A stretch of 63,888 nucleotides of DNA, counting the filler, from Phoronis australis (Eukaryota; Animalia; Phoronida), in NCBI GenBank assembly GCA_002633005.1. It is 8 parts of 8 records of this genome, joined end to end, with 100 filler letters (N's around TTAATTAATTAA, not from the genome) between each part and the next. Parts side by side here need not be neighbours in the genome. Positions count along the whole stretch, not along the records: positions 1 to 17,236 come from NMRA01000423.1; 7 more parts are not named here. One strand, given 5' to 3'. The notes under the pieces are model-generated. The model searched no databases and was not told the origin of the DNA. It saw nothing but the letters and a program-made list of their open reading frames with translations. Shown here in pieces: positions 1 to 11,379 of the stretch. The stretch's first letter is position 1. Each line of letters opens with the position of its first letter. The translations under genes were made by a program, and so were the position numbers.

Positions 1-588
1 GAGAACGGTTTTTGAGCATCGGCAATGCAAGCCGAATATTTCATATTGAGAAAGCACATCTTTGAAAAGAAGAACCAACACTTGTTGGGAACGGTCTTTG
101 TGCGTCGACGGCGCACATTTCTTATTGGGAAAGCCAGATTTTCAAAAATTAATCGCTCAGACCATTTGAGTCTCATTTACCTGCAATTATACTGCTATCA
201 AATGACCGAGCCAGCATTGTTGATACTACGACCGCTCATCGAAATAATGTACACCCACGAAATTCGGACACTAGCGGAAACCCAAATTTGGAGGTCCGCC
301 AAATTCGGACACCACAAAATGATATTTCGCGAGATTCGTCCAAGAATGAATTTTTTCTATTGGAATTAATTTTCAGTGTCCGAAAATCACGCGACTTTAC
401 CGTACATAAATAGCCAGTAACGTGGTGACTAATATGTATGAATATAAGTCTCAGGACAGGATATACACCAAGTAATAAAAATGTAATACTGATTAAGATC
501 CCTTCTTAATAATATGGACATTTAAACAAAAGCAGAAAAGCACATATTCGCAGGCTGCCGGTATAACCTGTCCAAAATGAACAGGTAC

Positions 589-747
589 CAGTGGCGGATT
601 TAAGGGGGGGGGCCAAGGGAGCCATGGCCCCCTTAAAGTTCTCCCATATTCCATTGTGAACCGTTTGGGGTGTGAATTCTGACGGGCAAAATCCTGGCTT
701 TTACTCTGCCTTGGTCCACCCTAACTCAAAATCCTGGATCCTCCCTC
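589..747. mobile_element. Short non-autonomous TIR element (MITE)
   Basis: Starts CAGTGGCGGATTTAAGGGGGGG and ends AAATCCTGGATCCTCCCT, a degenerate inverted terminus with an internal GGGGGCC/GGCCCCC motif. Confidence 0.45.
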
Positions 748-1039
748 AGATACCAATATCCTAAATGCACAATGTCACATGGCATAAAAATAAGATTTTT
801 ATTAGGGCTGCTATGCAGTTACTAAATACTGTGTATCACAATGCTCCACAGGAAGAAGTTCAATACATGGAAACTATATATCTATGAAGTAAAAATATCT
901 ACAAAAATAGTACACAGCCCAGCTATACAGAAGGGCATCCACAGTCTCTCTCTAATAATTATACCACAGAATGTCATTTATACATGATTGCCATTGTTTT
1001 TGAGCGCCACATGAAACAGGCAAAGTCTAGAAATTTTCA

Positions 1040-1850
1040 CTGGAACTATGAAGTGGAAAAGTACTATGCAGTGGATTACATAAATAAGTTTTATGCAGGT
1101 AGAGCAATACCTGTTGAAAAAAGAATTTGTTCAGTTTAAGTTTCTTCATTCTGTGGGTATTGAGCTGTTTGACTGGCCTCGCAGAGATGATTCAGATGAG
1201 AAGCACATTTCGTGTATATTTTATGGTCCAGTAATCTTGAATGGTTGCGGACCATTTTCATTGCCTCATTACAGTGAAATCACAACGTTCCATAAGCACT
1301 TGAACAAAACAGCTAAATTAAACAAGGTTAAGTTCCATGTTCAGAAACTTGGAATTTTGAGACAGCAGTGTTTGAACAAGTTGCAGATGAGACATTTAGG
1401 GCTGTGGCTTATGAACTTTGCAATAATGTAACGTTTACTGCTAAGAAATTCACATGGTACGTCTGTCACGTATGTCCGTCACAGTTACTCGTCTCACAGT
1501 AATTAAGCTGACTGGAAAATTAATAAAGATATCCTCAAAATTTCTAATGTGTTTTATATGGTAAACAATCCACTAAATCACCATTATGATACCAATCAAA
1601 AAGTTATCACATAACACAATTCACAGAAAATTGCAAAGAAAATTTCAAAAAAATCAAATTCTTTGCGTATGTCCATCACACCCCTTTGATGGCATTTCTC
1701 TCTGCTACGCAACGTGATTGGACAAAATTTGATACATACAATTTCAAAGAGACCTACACATTGATATATTAATTATTTTTCTTGATTTAAAATTTTTTCA
1801 CAATTAATCAAAATGTTCTCCGATTGTACATCCGTCACAAATGATTGCCC
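1040..1850 (+). mobile_element. Decayed DNA-transposon right end with a transposase C-terminal-like fragment
   Basis: Frameshifted YYAVDYINKFYAGR / FVQFKFLH...FDWPRRDD followed by subterminal GTA(C/T)(G/A)TC(C/T)GTCAC repeats ending in ...TTGCCC. A related end occurs at ~5840-6220. Superfamily not determined. Confidence 0.4.
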
Positions 1851-1989
1851 ATGTGAACAAGGTTTGAGACATCACTAAAATGACAACTTTTCACCCCCCC
1901 CCCCCACTTTCTAAAGCTATATTTTAGCANAAAGCTATATTTTATCACTTGTCTATAGCTAGCTAGCTGGTTAATGCCTGTTACCTTAC

Positions 1990-2244
1990 CTTCTGTGGAG
2001 GGGAGCCTATGTTCATCTCAGTGTAGTACCCTTGACCTGGCTTGCCATGGAGTTCGACATTGTAGGACATATAGTGTGTACTAGAGTTCATAGCCATGAA
2101 CTCCCTTGGAGCCACGGACTTGCCCATTAGTCCAGAGGCACGCTTCAGGGGCATCTTGAATGATGTGGAGAGAGTCAGAACCCCACAAACAAAGTTGACA
2201 ACCAGCAGGCAAACTTCCAGCTTCACAGGTGTTCTTGGTGCCAT
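1990..2244 (-). CDS. BACE1: First coding exon of a beta-secretase (BACE)-like aspartic protease
   Basis: MAPRTPVKLEVCLLVVNFVCGVLTLST (signal-peptide-like) ... LHGKPGQGYYTEMNIGSPPQK resembles BACE GKSGQGYYVEMTVGSPPQT. It ends at a canonical AAG|GTAAGG donor (1989). An acceptor TTTGTTTCTAG lies at ~2398. Downstream exons were not recognised in 1-1989. Confidence 0.8.
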
Positions 2245-3742
2245 GTCATGTATGGGGTTGACCCCTAATGTAATTGAGGTAATTAATACACAACCTTCTG
2301 GGACGTTTTAATATCCAGTCGCCTTAGCTCCTCTTCTTGGCTCTCATGTGACTGAGATTCATCATGCTCCAAATGCAGCTTTGAGCCAATATGTTACCTA
2401 GAAACAAAATTTAGGCTAATCAGTTATGAGAGATGCAGTTAACTTCAACAAGAACATACTTAACAACGCAGCCTTTCACATATTATGTACGGCATCCAAT
2501 GTCTTGATTTTGGCACTGAAGATTGGCCTCAATTCCTTCAGTAAAATATTTTAAACTCACACAAAATTTCAGTCACAGGCTCAAAAATTTCCCAATTGAC
2601 ATGGATTTGGCATGGTCTCATCGCAGGGCTTTATCCAGGATTTCGAAAATAGGGTGTCCAAAATGGGGTTCCCAATAATCCAGGGCGTTCATGATTCCGA
2701 AAAAGCGTAACCCCCACCCGGCCCACCACCGTTCAGCAGCAATTCCCCCTACACACACACACTCATCGTGTAGCAGCAATCAATGGAAGACTTCAAACAG
2801 ACTAGTCTGAAAATGAATAAAAATGCTTTCAGTATCTAAGCACTCAATTCAACAAGTATTTGTGAATCTGCAGGGACTTATGTGATGATTTAAACCCTCA
2901 CCAATTTAGGACACAGTATGGCTGATACCTAGCTGCATGAAGACTATCATCAAAATATTATACATCTTTGCACCAAAGCATGAGTGCACCCAGCCTAAAA
3001 AAATGGGGGGCTCAAATTTTTGAGAATGTGGACAGATTGTGGACCTTTTACAAAAATTTACGGGTACGTTCAAAGCTATGAATTGTGCACTGATCGAATT
3101 TTGGTAATTCCTGCCTTTTAAGAGGACTTTTGCCTCGAATTCTAATTTTTTCAGAATTTTTTGTTTCTCTGAGGCAGATCTTTTTGCCCACTTCACCAAA
3201 TGAGGGGGGCCTGTTCAAGCTTCCGAGCCCCTCCCTGACAACGGCTGTGTGCGTGTATGCAAGGTAGACAATGACCATAGTCTCTACTGTCGATGTATCT
3301 AATTCTTTCAAACTCGAACAAATGTTCCTGTTATAAAACTTTTTCGTCGAGCAGTCCCTCGTTCAGTTTCCAAAATCAGTAACTCGAAATTTTTAATACT
3401 GCTCGCAGCAGGTGGTATGATGTCATATCTCCTAGCATGCGCAGTGTGAAAATGGCAAGTTACTGATTTTGGGAACTGAATGAGGGACTTCTCGAAGACT
3501 GTCTGATAACGGGAGTATTTGTTCGAGTTGGAAGGAGATAAATACATGAACGGCCTCTCAAGGTGTCTCTCATATTTATAACAATGCGACTTTGATGTTT
3601 TAGTCAGTGTGAGGCATAATTCGCCAAAAATCTTCTGGCATGTGAAGCACGGTGGTTACCAATCTACCATGCAAGGCTGTAGCCTTGGCGCAAAGCTATA
3701 TAGTAAATATACAGCTTTGCGCTGATGTGGGTAAAAACTTAC

Positions 3743-3920
3743 CAGATAAAATCTAACACAAAATTAGTTGCATTAAAAACTACACCCTTCTTTGGGTAAA
3801 CTAAACTATTTACTGGTGTTGGAAAAATTGGAGTTTACTATTATTCGGCACCTAAAGTTGTGTAGCGATCTTTTGCGTTGGCTTTCAGCGCCATGAAATA
3901 TTGCGTCACCTATTGGCCAG
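3743..3920 (-). promoter_or_regulatory. Possible promoter / non-coding first exon of the BACE-like gene
   Basis: Minus-strand donor TCTG|GTAAGT near 3742, plus ATTGG (CCAAT box) and TGCGTCA near 3902-3917. Inference only. Confidence 0.25.
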
Positions 3921-4129
3921 TGTCCTGTTTCCCCGATTCTTTATCCAACTGTTTTTCTTCCACAAGGTTGCGTACATGTCACCACAAATTTTTGAAACCG
4001 GTTGTATTTCGTTACCAGTTTTCAGTATTTTAATACCAGCAAACCGATTTTCACAACAAATTTTCTGCTGCTGCCAATGTCGCAAAATTTTAGTAAAAGG
4101 GGCGTGCACGTGACACGAGCGAACTGTTT

Positions 4130-4240
4130 TCAAAAGGACGATAAACTTTTCACTGTTACAAAAGGTGGAGAGTTACGCAAGAAAATGACGTTCGTTGCAT
4201 TGTTTTTCACCTAAATGGCTGTAATGGGCAAGGTGCTTGT
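4130..4240 (+). repeat. Interspersed repeat, also present at ~23455-23560
   Basis: ACGATA.ACTTTT...GTTACAAAAGG.GGAG..TTA.GCAAGAAAATG.CGTT...TTGTTTTTCAC.TAAA.GGCTGTAA is shared by both positions. Confidence 0.65.
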
Positions 4241-5839
4241 CTTGTAAGTTGATTCCTAGATTTTGCATGCACCCCGTCAAAAGTACTTGCAGTTATAGTT
4301 TACAATGTCATCTAGTTAGTCTTAGTAGAATTCAACTTAATCAAACAGTTGGACCACATAAATGAACTTATTGTTTTTCTGTTGGTACCCAGTCTTAGTA
4401 AAGAAATGCTTAGCTTTTGGGAAATTCAAGACGCAAAAATATTCATACAAAAGAAATCCTAAGGTGCTCTAGAGTATACTAAAGGAATACATGTCAAGTT
4501 GCTATTGCACTGCCGGGAATCAACATGTTATTTCTGTTCTGACCTACTATGCTGTGTTTTGTGTTTAAAAAGCCGATACCGGGAACTTTCAAGTGGTAGG
4601 AATCTTATCACCTACTTTATTGAGCACTTTTGTCACACCCTCACTTGCTGTAGGCACTCTTTTTGTGTTTTTCAGTGTATTAGGTCATTGGGTGGCTTGT
4701 ATGAAATTATGTCATTGCAAATGATTACATTGTCTCATCTTAAATATTTTTGATCCTTCAATCTTTTTAAGAATTAGACTATTTTTTTCTGCTGAGCTTC
4801 GAGGAGATTAAACCGGCATTTAGAAAGGATACAGGAAATTGTTGAAGTCCACAGGACGAACAGACGCAACCAGGAGAAAAATAAATATCTGCTACAATAT
4901 TCTCTGAAACTCATGGATCAATAAATTCATAATTGTGCTTGTGCCTACTATGATGTGATATTATTTAAAGCCTCTCTTTAAATTTGAAAAGAAGACATGA
5001 CTCATGTCATGAGTTAAAGAGCGGGATGAAAACCTAATCATTTTTATCACTAAATAGAAACCAGCATCTGATAACCTTATCATTTTTATCACTAAATAGA
5101 AACCAGCATCTGATAAGTTAGCCCTACATATTCCTAAATCATAATCAATCCTAAATGCAAAAAATATTTTGTTTTCATACAGGAAGATACCGCAGGTGAT
5201 TTGAATCAAAATATGAATGCCAAAAGTTGATGATATCAACTAAACCATATACTTCACACTTTAATTTAAGAAGATACTGAATTCCTGTTACTAATACTTT
5301 AAAAACATCACAGTTATTACTAAAATGGGCATGCATCAGAACCATCGACATCATGGACCAGAGAATAATTTTGTACAAGCTCCAAGGGTGAGTTCTAATT
5401 TAAAAAACAATTCACTAAAATGCATATTTATGACAGTAATTAGTAATTTTTTAAACCTTATTTCACACTTTATATTTTGACTATCATATTTACTTGTTAG
5501 TTTTGAATTAATGTTCTATTTAATGCTTAAAAACAGATTTTCCTGATAACTAACACTTGTCAAATACAAAATGATTATTATTATCATTACCATTGATAAT
5601 GCTTACCCTCTTCAAAAGGAAGTGAAGATTTTAGGTGATTGTTTTATATCTTTAATCAAATGTGTTGAAAAGTTAAAAACCTAGGGTATATTCCTAGTAT
5701 GGCCTTACTTGTGATGATTTCGTGCATTTTAATTAAAAATCATTGAATTAGTGGCAAAAGTCCAATATAGCTTAAATACAGCAAAAGTTTGAATCATTCT
5801 AAATTGACATCTTAGTCACAACATACAATTTAATATTAG

Positions 5840-6220
5840 AAATTCAGAGCGTACATCCGTCACACTAACTCAACTTATATCGAGCTGTCTGACAAAAATT
5901 TCTTAGAAAACATCATCAAAAAATTAGTGTGTTGTACTTTGCAAACATTCCACTAAATCATCATGTAAAACATAAATTGTAACTTAATACAACTAGCAGA
6001 AAATTAACAATAAAATTTTAAAAAATTCAAATTCTCTGCGTACGTCTGTCACACCCCTTTAAAGGCAATTTTCTCAGTAAGATTAAAAGAGAGAGGAAAA
6101 GTTGATACATGCTTTGAAAGCTATTAGTGAGACCTATTAATTGGTGTATTAATTATTTTCCAAGGATAAAACCTTTTTTCACAGTTGATTAAAATGTTCT
6201 CTGTCACAAATACATTTCCC
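5840..6220 (+). repeat. Second diverged copy of the transposon end at ~1460-1850
   Basis: Shared blocks GCGTACATCCGTCACAC, TCCACTAAATCA, AAATTCT.TGCGTA.GTC..TCACACCCCTTT, GAGACCTA and TATTAATTATTTT, ending ...TTTCCC. Confidence 0.6.
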
Positions 6221-8231
6221 ATAGGTCTTTAGAAGCTTCTGTTAAGATGCTCTATTAAAAACATAGTTTCACACCAAAACAACTGCTTTTCGACACAAAT
6301 AATAGCACTGTGTGAATCTGTTGCACAGGGCAGTTCTTGACTGCACAGCTTGGTTAATTAGAAAAGCCCAGTAGTAATGACCTTATCCCACTTCAGCCCA
6401 GTCAATTCTGAGAACAGGTATATGTAGTTACCTAACCCTCTGTGATGTCAGACCTGTGCCTGACAGCTGTGTATTGCAATGGCTATAGGCAGTCAACCCT
6501 CCAAAGTTTTGCTTGCTTCATATGACAATTCTTTTCAACTCCATTTGTTGGCATAACTAAACTGTTTTTTGCCAATGAGATGTAAAGACCAGAGTATCAC
6601 AGATAATAAAGCCTAATACAAAATATTACAGTTTTCATCTTTTCATTTTCAGCAGTGAGTAGGAAGGATATCACCTTTTAATTTAAGCACGTATACAATT
6701 GAAATTTGAGTGGAGGTGGCACTCTCAATGACATAATTACAAGAACACTTGAAATGGAAATCTTCTGAACTTGTTTTTTAAATTTACGTGTTAATCTATT
6801 GAAATAACAATAAACTCAAGGCATCAAGAAATATTACCAGAAGATGCCAATGAACATATTATTTCAGAGGTTCGTTATGGCAAGCTAATTCTACCATGCT
6901 TTGGTCACTGAGTCAAAGAAATCAATGAACAAATCAGAGGACGATTATGATTTAATCCACAGCTCAAATTAAAATCAAATGCTTTCAGTCGGAATTATAT
7001 ATTTGGTTTCTACAGTGAAAGACTTTCAAGGTAGTTGAAGGTTACATCTACTATACATAACTTAAAACTGAAATAATCTCTGTACAGTAAAGTTGATATG
7101 TAAGTCAAAATACCGGTAATCTAATTTCTTTACCAAAACAAATAATTTAGAATGCACAATACTTTAGAACATTTACGCATTATAAACGTTATCCAACATG
7201 ACAAATTTACACGATATGAAAGTGGATGTGCCTATCTATTACCATGGCGACCAGTTGTTTCCTTACATTAGCATTTGACAAGCATGATTTGAAAAAATAA
7301 GAAGTTGCATGGAAAAAGGATTGGAGACTGAAAGCTTCACACTCCAACATGGCCTATTTCTCTAATTAAGAGCGTTTACATTTTTTGGGCCTTGATAACT
7401 TGAATTAAGAAAGCAAAAAGTTACAACGCAAGTATTAAAAGAACGATTCATACGTAAAATTTAGAAAATATAATTATGTTGTGACACATAATCAAACCTT
7501 GAAGCGCAATTGACTTTCAAAGAAAAAAACGATATCAAAACTTTTTCAACTAATTTTAAGCTGAGTGTATGGTCAACTGAATGGGATATTCACACTACAA
7601 TTAATTAGAATATTCCTTATATTTTTTGCACAAAAACATAAACATTGTGCAAAATTTTTTTTTTTTGTAGCAGCTTTCATCAAACTGTATCAAAGTTAGG
7701 TAAACATTCGTCATTTCGTTTCAACCTTTATTGAAAGAATACTCGTGGAAAAGGTGATAACTCCTACCTCTATGTAAAAACAATGTGTAGTCACAAAGAC
7801 AATATGGAGGGAAGCTAGCTACAGAGACGCCTAGGGGTTATAGTATGAACTATCATATAATTCTCTAAAAGTTAAGTCTTCCCAAAGAACATAAAAATAG
7901 CCGATTGAACATGCCCTTCAGTTCAGCATAAGTCGCCATGTCGTCAGTGCCGCTAGACATAAGACAATATGTTCAACGTGAATTTTGAGCACTTTTATCA
8001 CTCAAAAAGTAACATCTGCTTCGCTGAAATCCAATGAAAACTATTGAATCGCTCAGAATAGTAGCTATAGATCTTTCTCTCAATTTACGATGAAAATTTC
8101 ATCATAAATTGTTGGTGAAAATAATTTATACACGGTTTTAAATTCATAACTTATGCCGCTGTTGTCCATGGTGGCCGACCCGATCCAAACAAATGACCCA
8201 AATTTCGCCACCAAAATTGCAATAAATTTGC

Positions 8232-8653
8232 ACTGCTTAACCTGATTTTGATAAAAAAAATTACCAAAAAATTATCACAAAAATGACATTTTCTCCGGAA
8301 CAGTATGTCCCGGGCCAATTTAAACGCTTTTTGCACCACTCTCTTAGTCTCGTGGAGAGCTTTCTCATGATGTATGGAACACGCAGATTTTCTTTTTTTT
8401 TTTTCAAAAATACTGTTTTCCCTAACCTATCTGTATTTTGATGACTGCTTAACCTGATTTTGATAAAAAAAATTACCAAAAAATTGACACAAAAATGACA
8501 TTTTCTCCGGAACCGTATGTCCAGGGCCAATTTAAACGCTTTTTGCACCACTCTCTTAGTCTCGTGGAGAGCTTTCTCATGATGTATGGAACACGCAGAT
8601 TTTCTTTTTTTTTTCAAAAATACTGTTTTCCCTAACCTACCTGTATTTTGATG
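8232..8653. repeat. Direct tandem duplication of ~210 bp
   Basis: ACTGCTTAACCTGATTTTGATAAAA...CCTAACCTA.CTGTATTTTGATGA occurs twice (~8232-8443, ~8443-8653) with a few substitutions. Confidence 0.85.
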
Positions 8654-8742
8654 ATATAGTATAATATAGTCAGTAGTATAATACTATAGTCTTCATGCAG
8701 CTAGCTGATAGCTCAATGCTGCCTGGCTAGCAGGGTTGTGGC

Positions 8743-9263
8743 CTAGTGTAACCTTCGTTTTACCAGTGAGCTCTTACCATCATCATTGCCAATCGAAAGG
8801 TCGTCGTTTAGAGACCCATGCAGGCCGTGGGTTCATTATGCCACCATGCCACAGGAATGTTCGACACCGCTTTCGCGTAGTCAAAAGTTGCTGCAGCACC
8901 TCACGGAGTATCACTCCCTACTAGAACAACAGGCGCTTGAGTTCATATCTGTTCCTAGATCACGACTGACTTCTCCCATTACTGAAAACTTGTACATGGT
9001 TACGAGTCATCGGGAAATTCGAGCGCCTGTGGTCAGAACTGACCAAGCTCTTGATTGATTAATCACCGCCAGAGGTACTTAGGCGGCAGATGGCGCTTCT
9101 GGAATTCAATATGGTGGCGCCCAGGAAATTGAGAATGAACAACGTGAGTCTTGCCTTTTCACCTTATTTTGTGTTGTTATTATGTGATGGAAGTCGGAAC
9201 CTTGTTGCTGGCAAAGGATTAGGGTAATTTTTTGCAATATGTAGTGAAAACAGGAAGTTCCGG
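8743..9263 (+). repeat. 5' LTR (portion shared with the 3' copy; true right end uncertain)
   Basis: CTAGTGTAACCTTCG...AAACAGGAAGTTCCGG matches 16348-16867 with scattered substitutions. Confidence 0.9.
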
Positions 9264-9318
9264 GTCACTATGCTCGTGGTTAACAGCCTCGTTTGGGATA
9301 TATGGGTGACCCTGTTCC

Positions 9319-9394
9319 GGCCCGTATTGGAATATTCCAATACGGGCACGGCCCGTATTGGAATTCCAATACGGGCAGCCCGTATTGGAATAAT
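9319..9394. repeat. Tandem palindromes CCCGTATTGGAA(TA)TTCCAATACGGG
   Basis: Two complete perfect palindromes and a third half, running into the N gap. Confidence 0.85.
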
Positions 9395-9707
9395 NNNNNN
9401 NNNNNNNNNNNNNNNNNNNNNNNNNNNNNNNNNNNNNNNNNNNNNNNNNNNNNNNNNNNNNNNNNNNNNNNNNNNNNNNNNNNNNNNNNNNNNNNNNNNN
9501 NNNNNNNNNNNNNNNNNNNNNNNNNNNNNNNNNNNNNNNNNNNNNNNNNNNNNNNNNNNNNNNNNNNNNNNNNNNNNNNNNNNNNNNNNNNNNNNNNNNN
9601 NNNNNNNNNNNNNNNNNNNNNNNNNNNNNNNNNNNNNNNNNNNNNNNNNNNNNNNNNNNNNNNNNNNNNNNNNNNNNNNNNNNNNNNNNNNNNNNNNNNN
9701 NNNNNNN

Positions 9708-10223
9708 AGTATGGGTACATATAGTTAATTTTGCTAATGTATCTAAAGTGGTGAAAGCCAATGAGGTGGTTGCGATGGTCGGGGGTGAGGTTGATGACCA
9801 CGTGGAGGTGGGTCAAGTGGGGGTTCAGGTTGATAAGGAGGGTGTTCCGGAGCATATTAGAGAGTTGTATGGCCGGTCGGTGATTGATATGTCGGAGGAA
9901 AACGCATTAAAGGTGAAAGAGCTATTAGTTGAATATCAAGATGTTTTTGCCAAGGGGGATTTTGATTTGGGCAGCTTTGAAGCTATTAAACATGAGATAG
10001 ATGTGGGAGATTCCAGGCCTGTTAAGTTAAGGATGAGACGGACACCTATAGAGTTTGTGGAAGAAGAAAGGGCACATTTGAAAAAGATGCTGGAGGCGGG
10101 AATTATTAGAAGGTCAGTTTCGGAGTATGCGAGTGCTCCAGTTATTCTTAGGAAAAGAGATGGGTCGATTAGGTATGCGATCGATTATAGGGAATTGAAT
10201 AAAGTGACTAAGAGAGATACTAC
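9708..10223 (+). other. Duplicated pol segment (second version of 12021-12510), probably assembly-derived
   Basis: Near-identical to 12021-12510 and bounded by an N gap and a single n at 10224. It retains 26 nt (RRTPIEFVEEERAH region) that the downstream copy lacks. Confidence 0.85.
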
Positions 10224-10231
10224 NGTATGCT

Positions 10232-11347
10232 GTGGGGCAAGGATGGTCGGATAGAGAGTGTCTGGATAATTTGATTTTTTGTTTAGAGGGTGCGGCGGGG
10301 GAGTTTTTGACCATGTATTTAGAACGGAACGGCGAAAGTACATATTTTGAGGCTTGCACGCAGTTAGAGAAGAGATTTAGCTCGCTGGGGTCACCAGAGA
10401 TAGTGCAGTTAGAGTTCATGGGTTTAGTGCAAGGTAAGGAGGAGTCGGTTCATGAATGGGGCGATAGGGTGTGGAGTATGGCGAGTAAGGCGTTTAGGGG
10501 GGTGCCAGAGGAATACATGATGAGACAGGCGGTGTTGAGGGTGTGCTACGGATCATGGGATAAGGAGGCAGGGTTGAACGTAGCCATGATGCAGCCAGTT
10601 TCGTTGGAGGAGGCGGTCTTGAAGTTACAGATGCAAACACAGGTAAAAAGGGCAATCTTGGGTAAAAATGGGCCTCGTCTGGCGGGTGATCCACTGAAAA
10701 TTCAGAAAGTTCAAAAAGAGGGTTCTGGGGGTGGTAGTGAGGAGGTCATGGAAAAGATTTTGAGACAGTTGGAGGAGTTGAAGCAGCAGANTGGGCCTCG
10801 TCTGGCGGGTGATCCACTGAAAGTTCAGAAAGTTCAAAAAGAGGGTTTTGGGGGTGGTAGTGAGGTCATGGAAAAGATTTTGAGACAGTTGGAGGAGTTG
10901 AAGCAGCAGATAAATTCTTCTACATCTAGGTCTAGCGGGGGTTGTTATACGTGTGGACAGTTGGGACATTTCAGTCGGGAGTGCGGTCAGAATAGGGTGA
11001 AAGGAGTTCCTAGGGAGGTGCGGTGTCAGATATGTAGTAGAGTGGGTCACAAGGCGGATGAATGTTGGTCGAAATCGGGGGACAGGTCTAGAAATGTAAG
11101 AGAAGGAGGTCCGAATATAAGGTGTTTTGTGTGTGGGGTGTTTGGTCATGTGGCGAGAAATTGTCAGAAGGTGAAGAGTAATAAGAGTATTCGACGTACG
11201 TGTAAGGAGTCCCAGAGTAGTGGAGATGAAGGGAGCGTTGATGGAAGAGAAGATCAGGTGGAAGTACGAAGAAGTAATAAGAGAAGGAATGAAAGTTGTA
11301 GCGGTAGCGGTAGTGGTGCTTTAAACGGCAGGGGATTGGAGAATTAG
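10232..11347 (+). CDS. gag: Gag (5'-truncated by an assembly junction) with three CCHC zinc knuckles
   Basis: CYTCGQLGHFSREC, CQICSRVGHKADEC and CFVCGVFGHVARNC, preceded by a capsid-like QGKEESVHEWGDRV motif. An internal ~120-nt duplication surrounds the n at 10791. Confidence 0.9.
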   Translation: MGQGWSDRECLDNLIFCLEGAAGEFLTMYLERNGESTYFEACTQLEKRFSSLGSPEIVQLEFMGLVQGKEESVHEWGDRVWSMASKAFRGVPEEYMMRQAVLRVCYGSWDKEAGLNVAMMQPVSLEEAVLKLQMQTQVKRAILGKNGPRLAGDPLKIQKVQKEGSGGGSEEVMEKILRQLEELKQQXGPRLAGDPLKVQKVQKEGFGGGSEVMEKILRQLEELKQQINSSTSRSSGGCYTCGQLGHFSRECGQNRVKGVPREVRCQICSRVGHKADECWSKSGDRSRNVREGGPNIRCFVCGVFGHVARNCQKVKSNKSIRRTCKESQSSGDEGSVDGREDQVEVRRSNKRRNESCSGSGSGALNGRGLEN

Positions 11348-11379
11348 GCCGACCTTCAATCCATTTTAAGGGTCTGGTT
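11320..11379 (+). promoter_or_regulatory. Programmed -1 ribosomal frameshift signal (T TTA AAC + predicted pseudoknot)
   Basis: Heptamer 11320-11326 is in X XXY YYZ phase with gag, and the -1 frame is open into pol. After a 6-nt spacer, stem 1 is GGATTGGAG (11333-41) / CTTCAATCC (11354-62) and stem 2 is AATTAGGCC (11342-50) / GGTCTGGTT (11371-79, with G-U pairs). Confidence 0.8.

Noticed and set aside
8786-9058. ORFs inside the LTRs (also 16391-16662)
   Set aside because: The frame differs between the two LTR copies because of an indel, and there are no motifs.
9113-9150. TGGCGCCC as a tRNA-Lys primer-binding site
   Set aside because: It occurs inside both LTR copies and matches for only ~8-9 nt.
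9219-9855. ORFs spanning N runs (also 34421-34950)
   Set aside because: They are open only because N codons translate as X.
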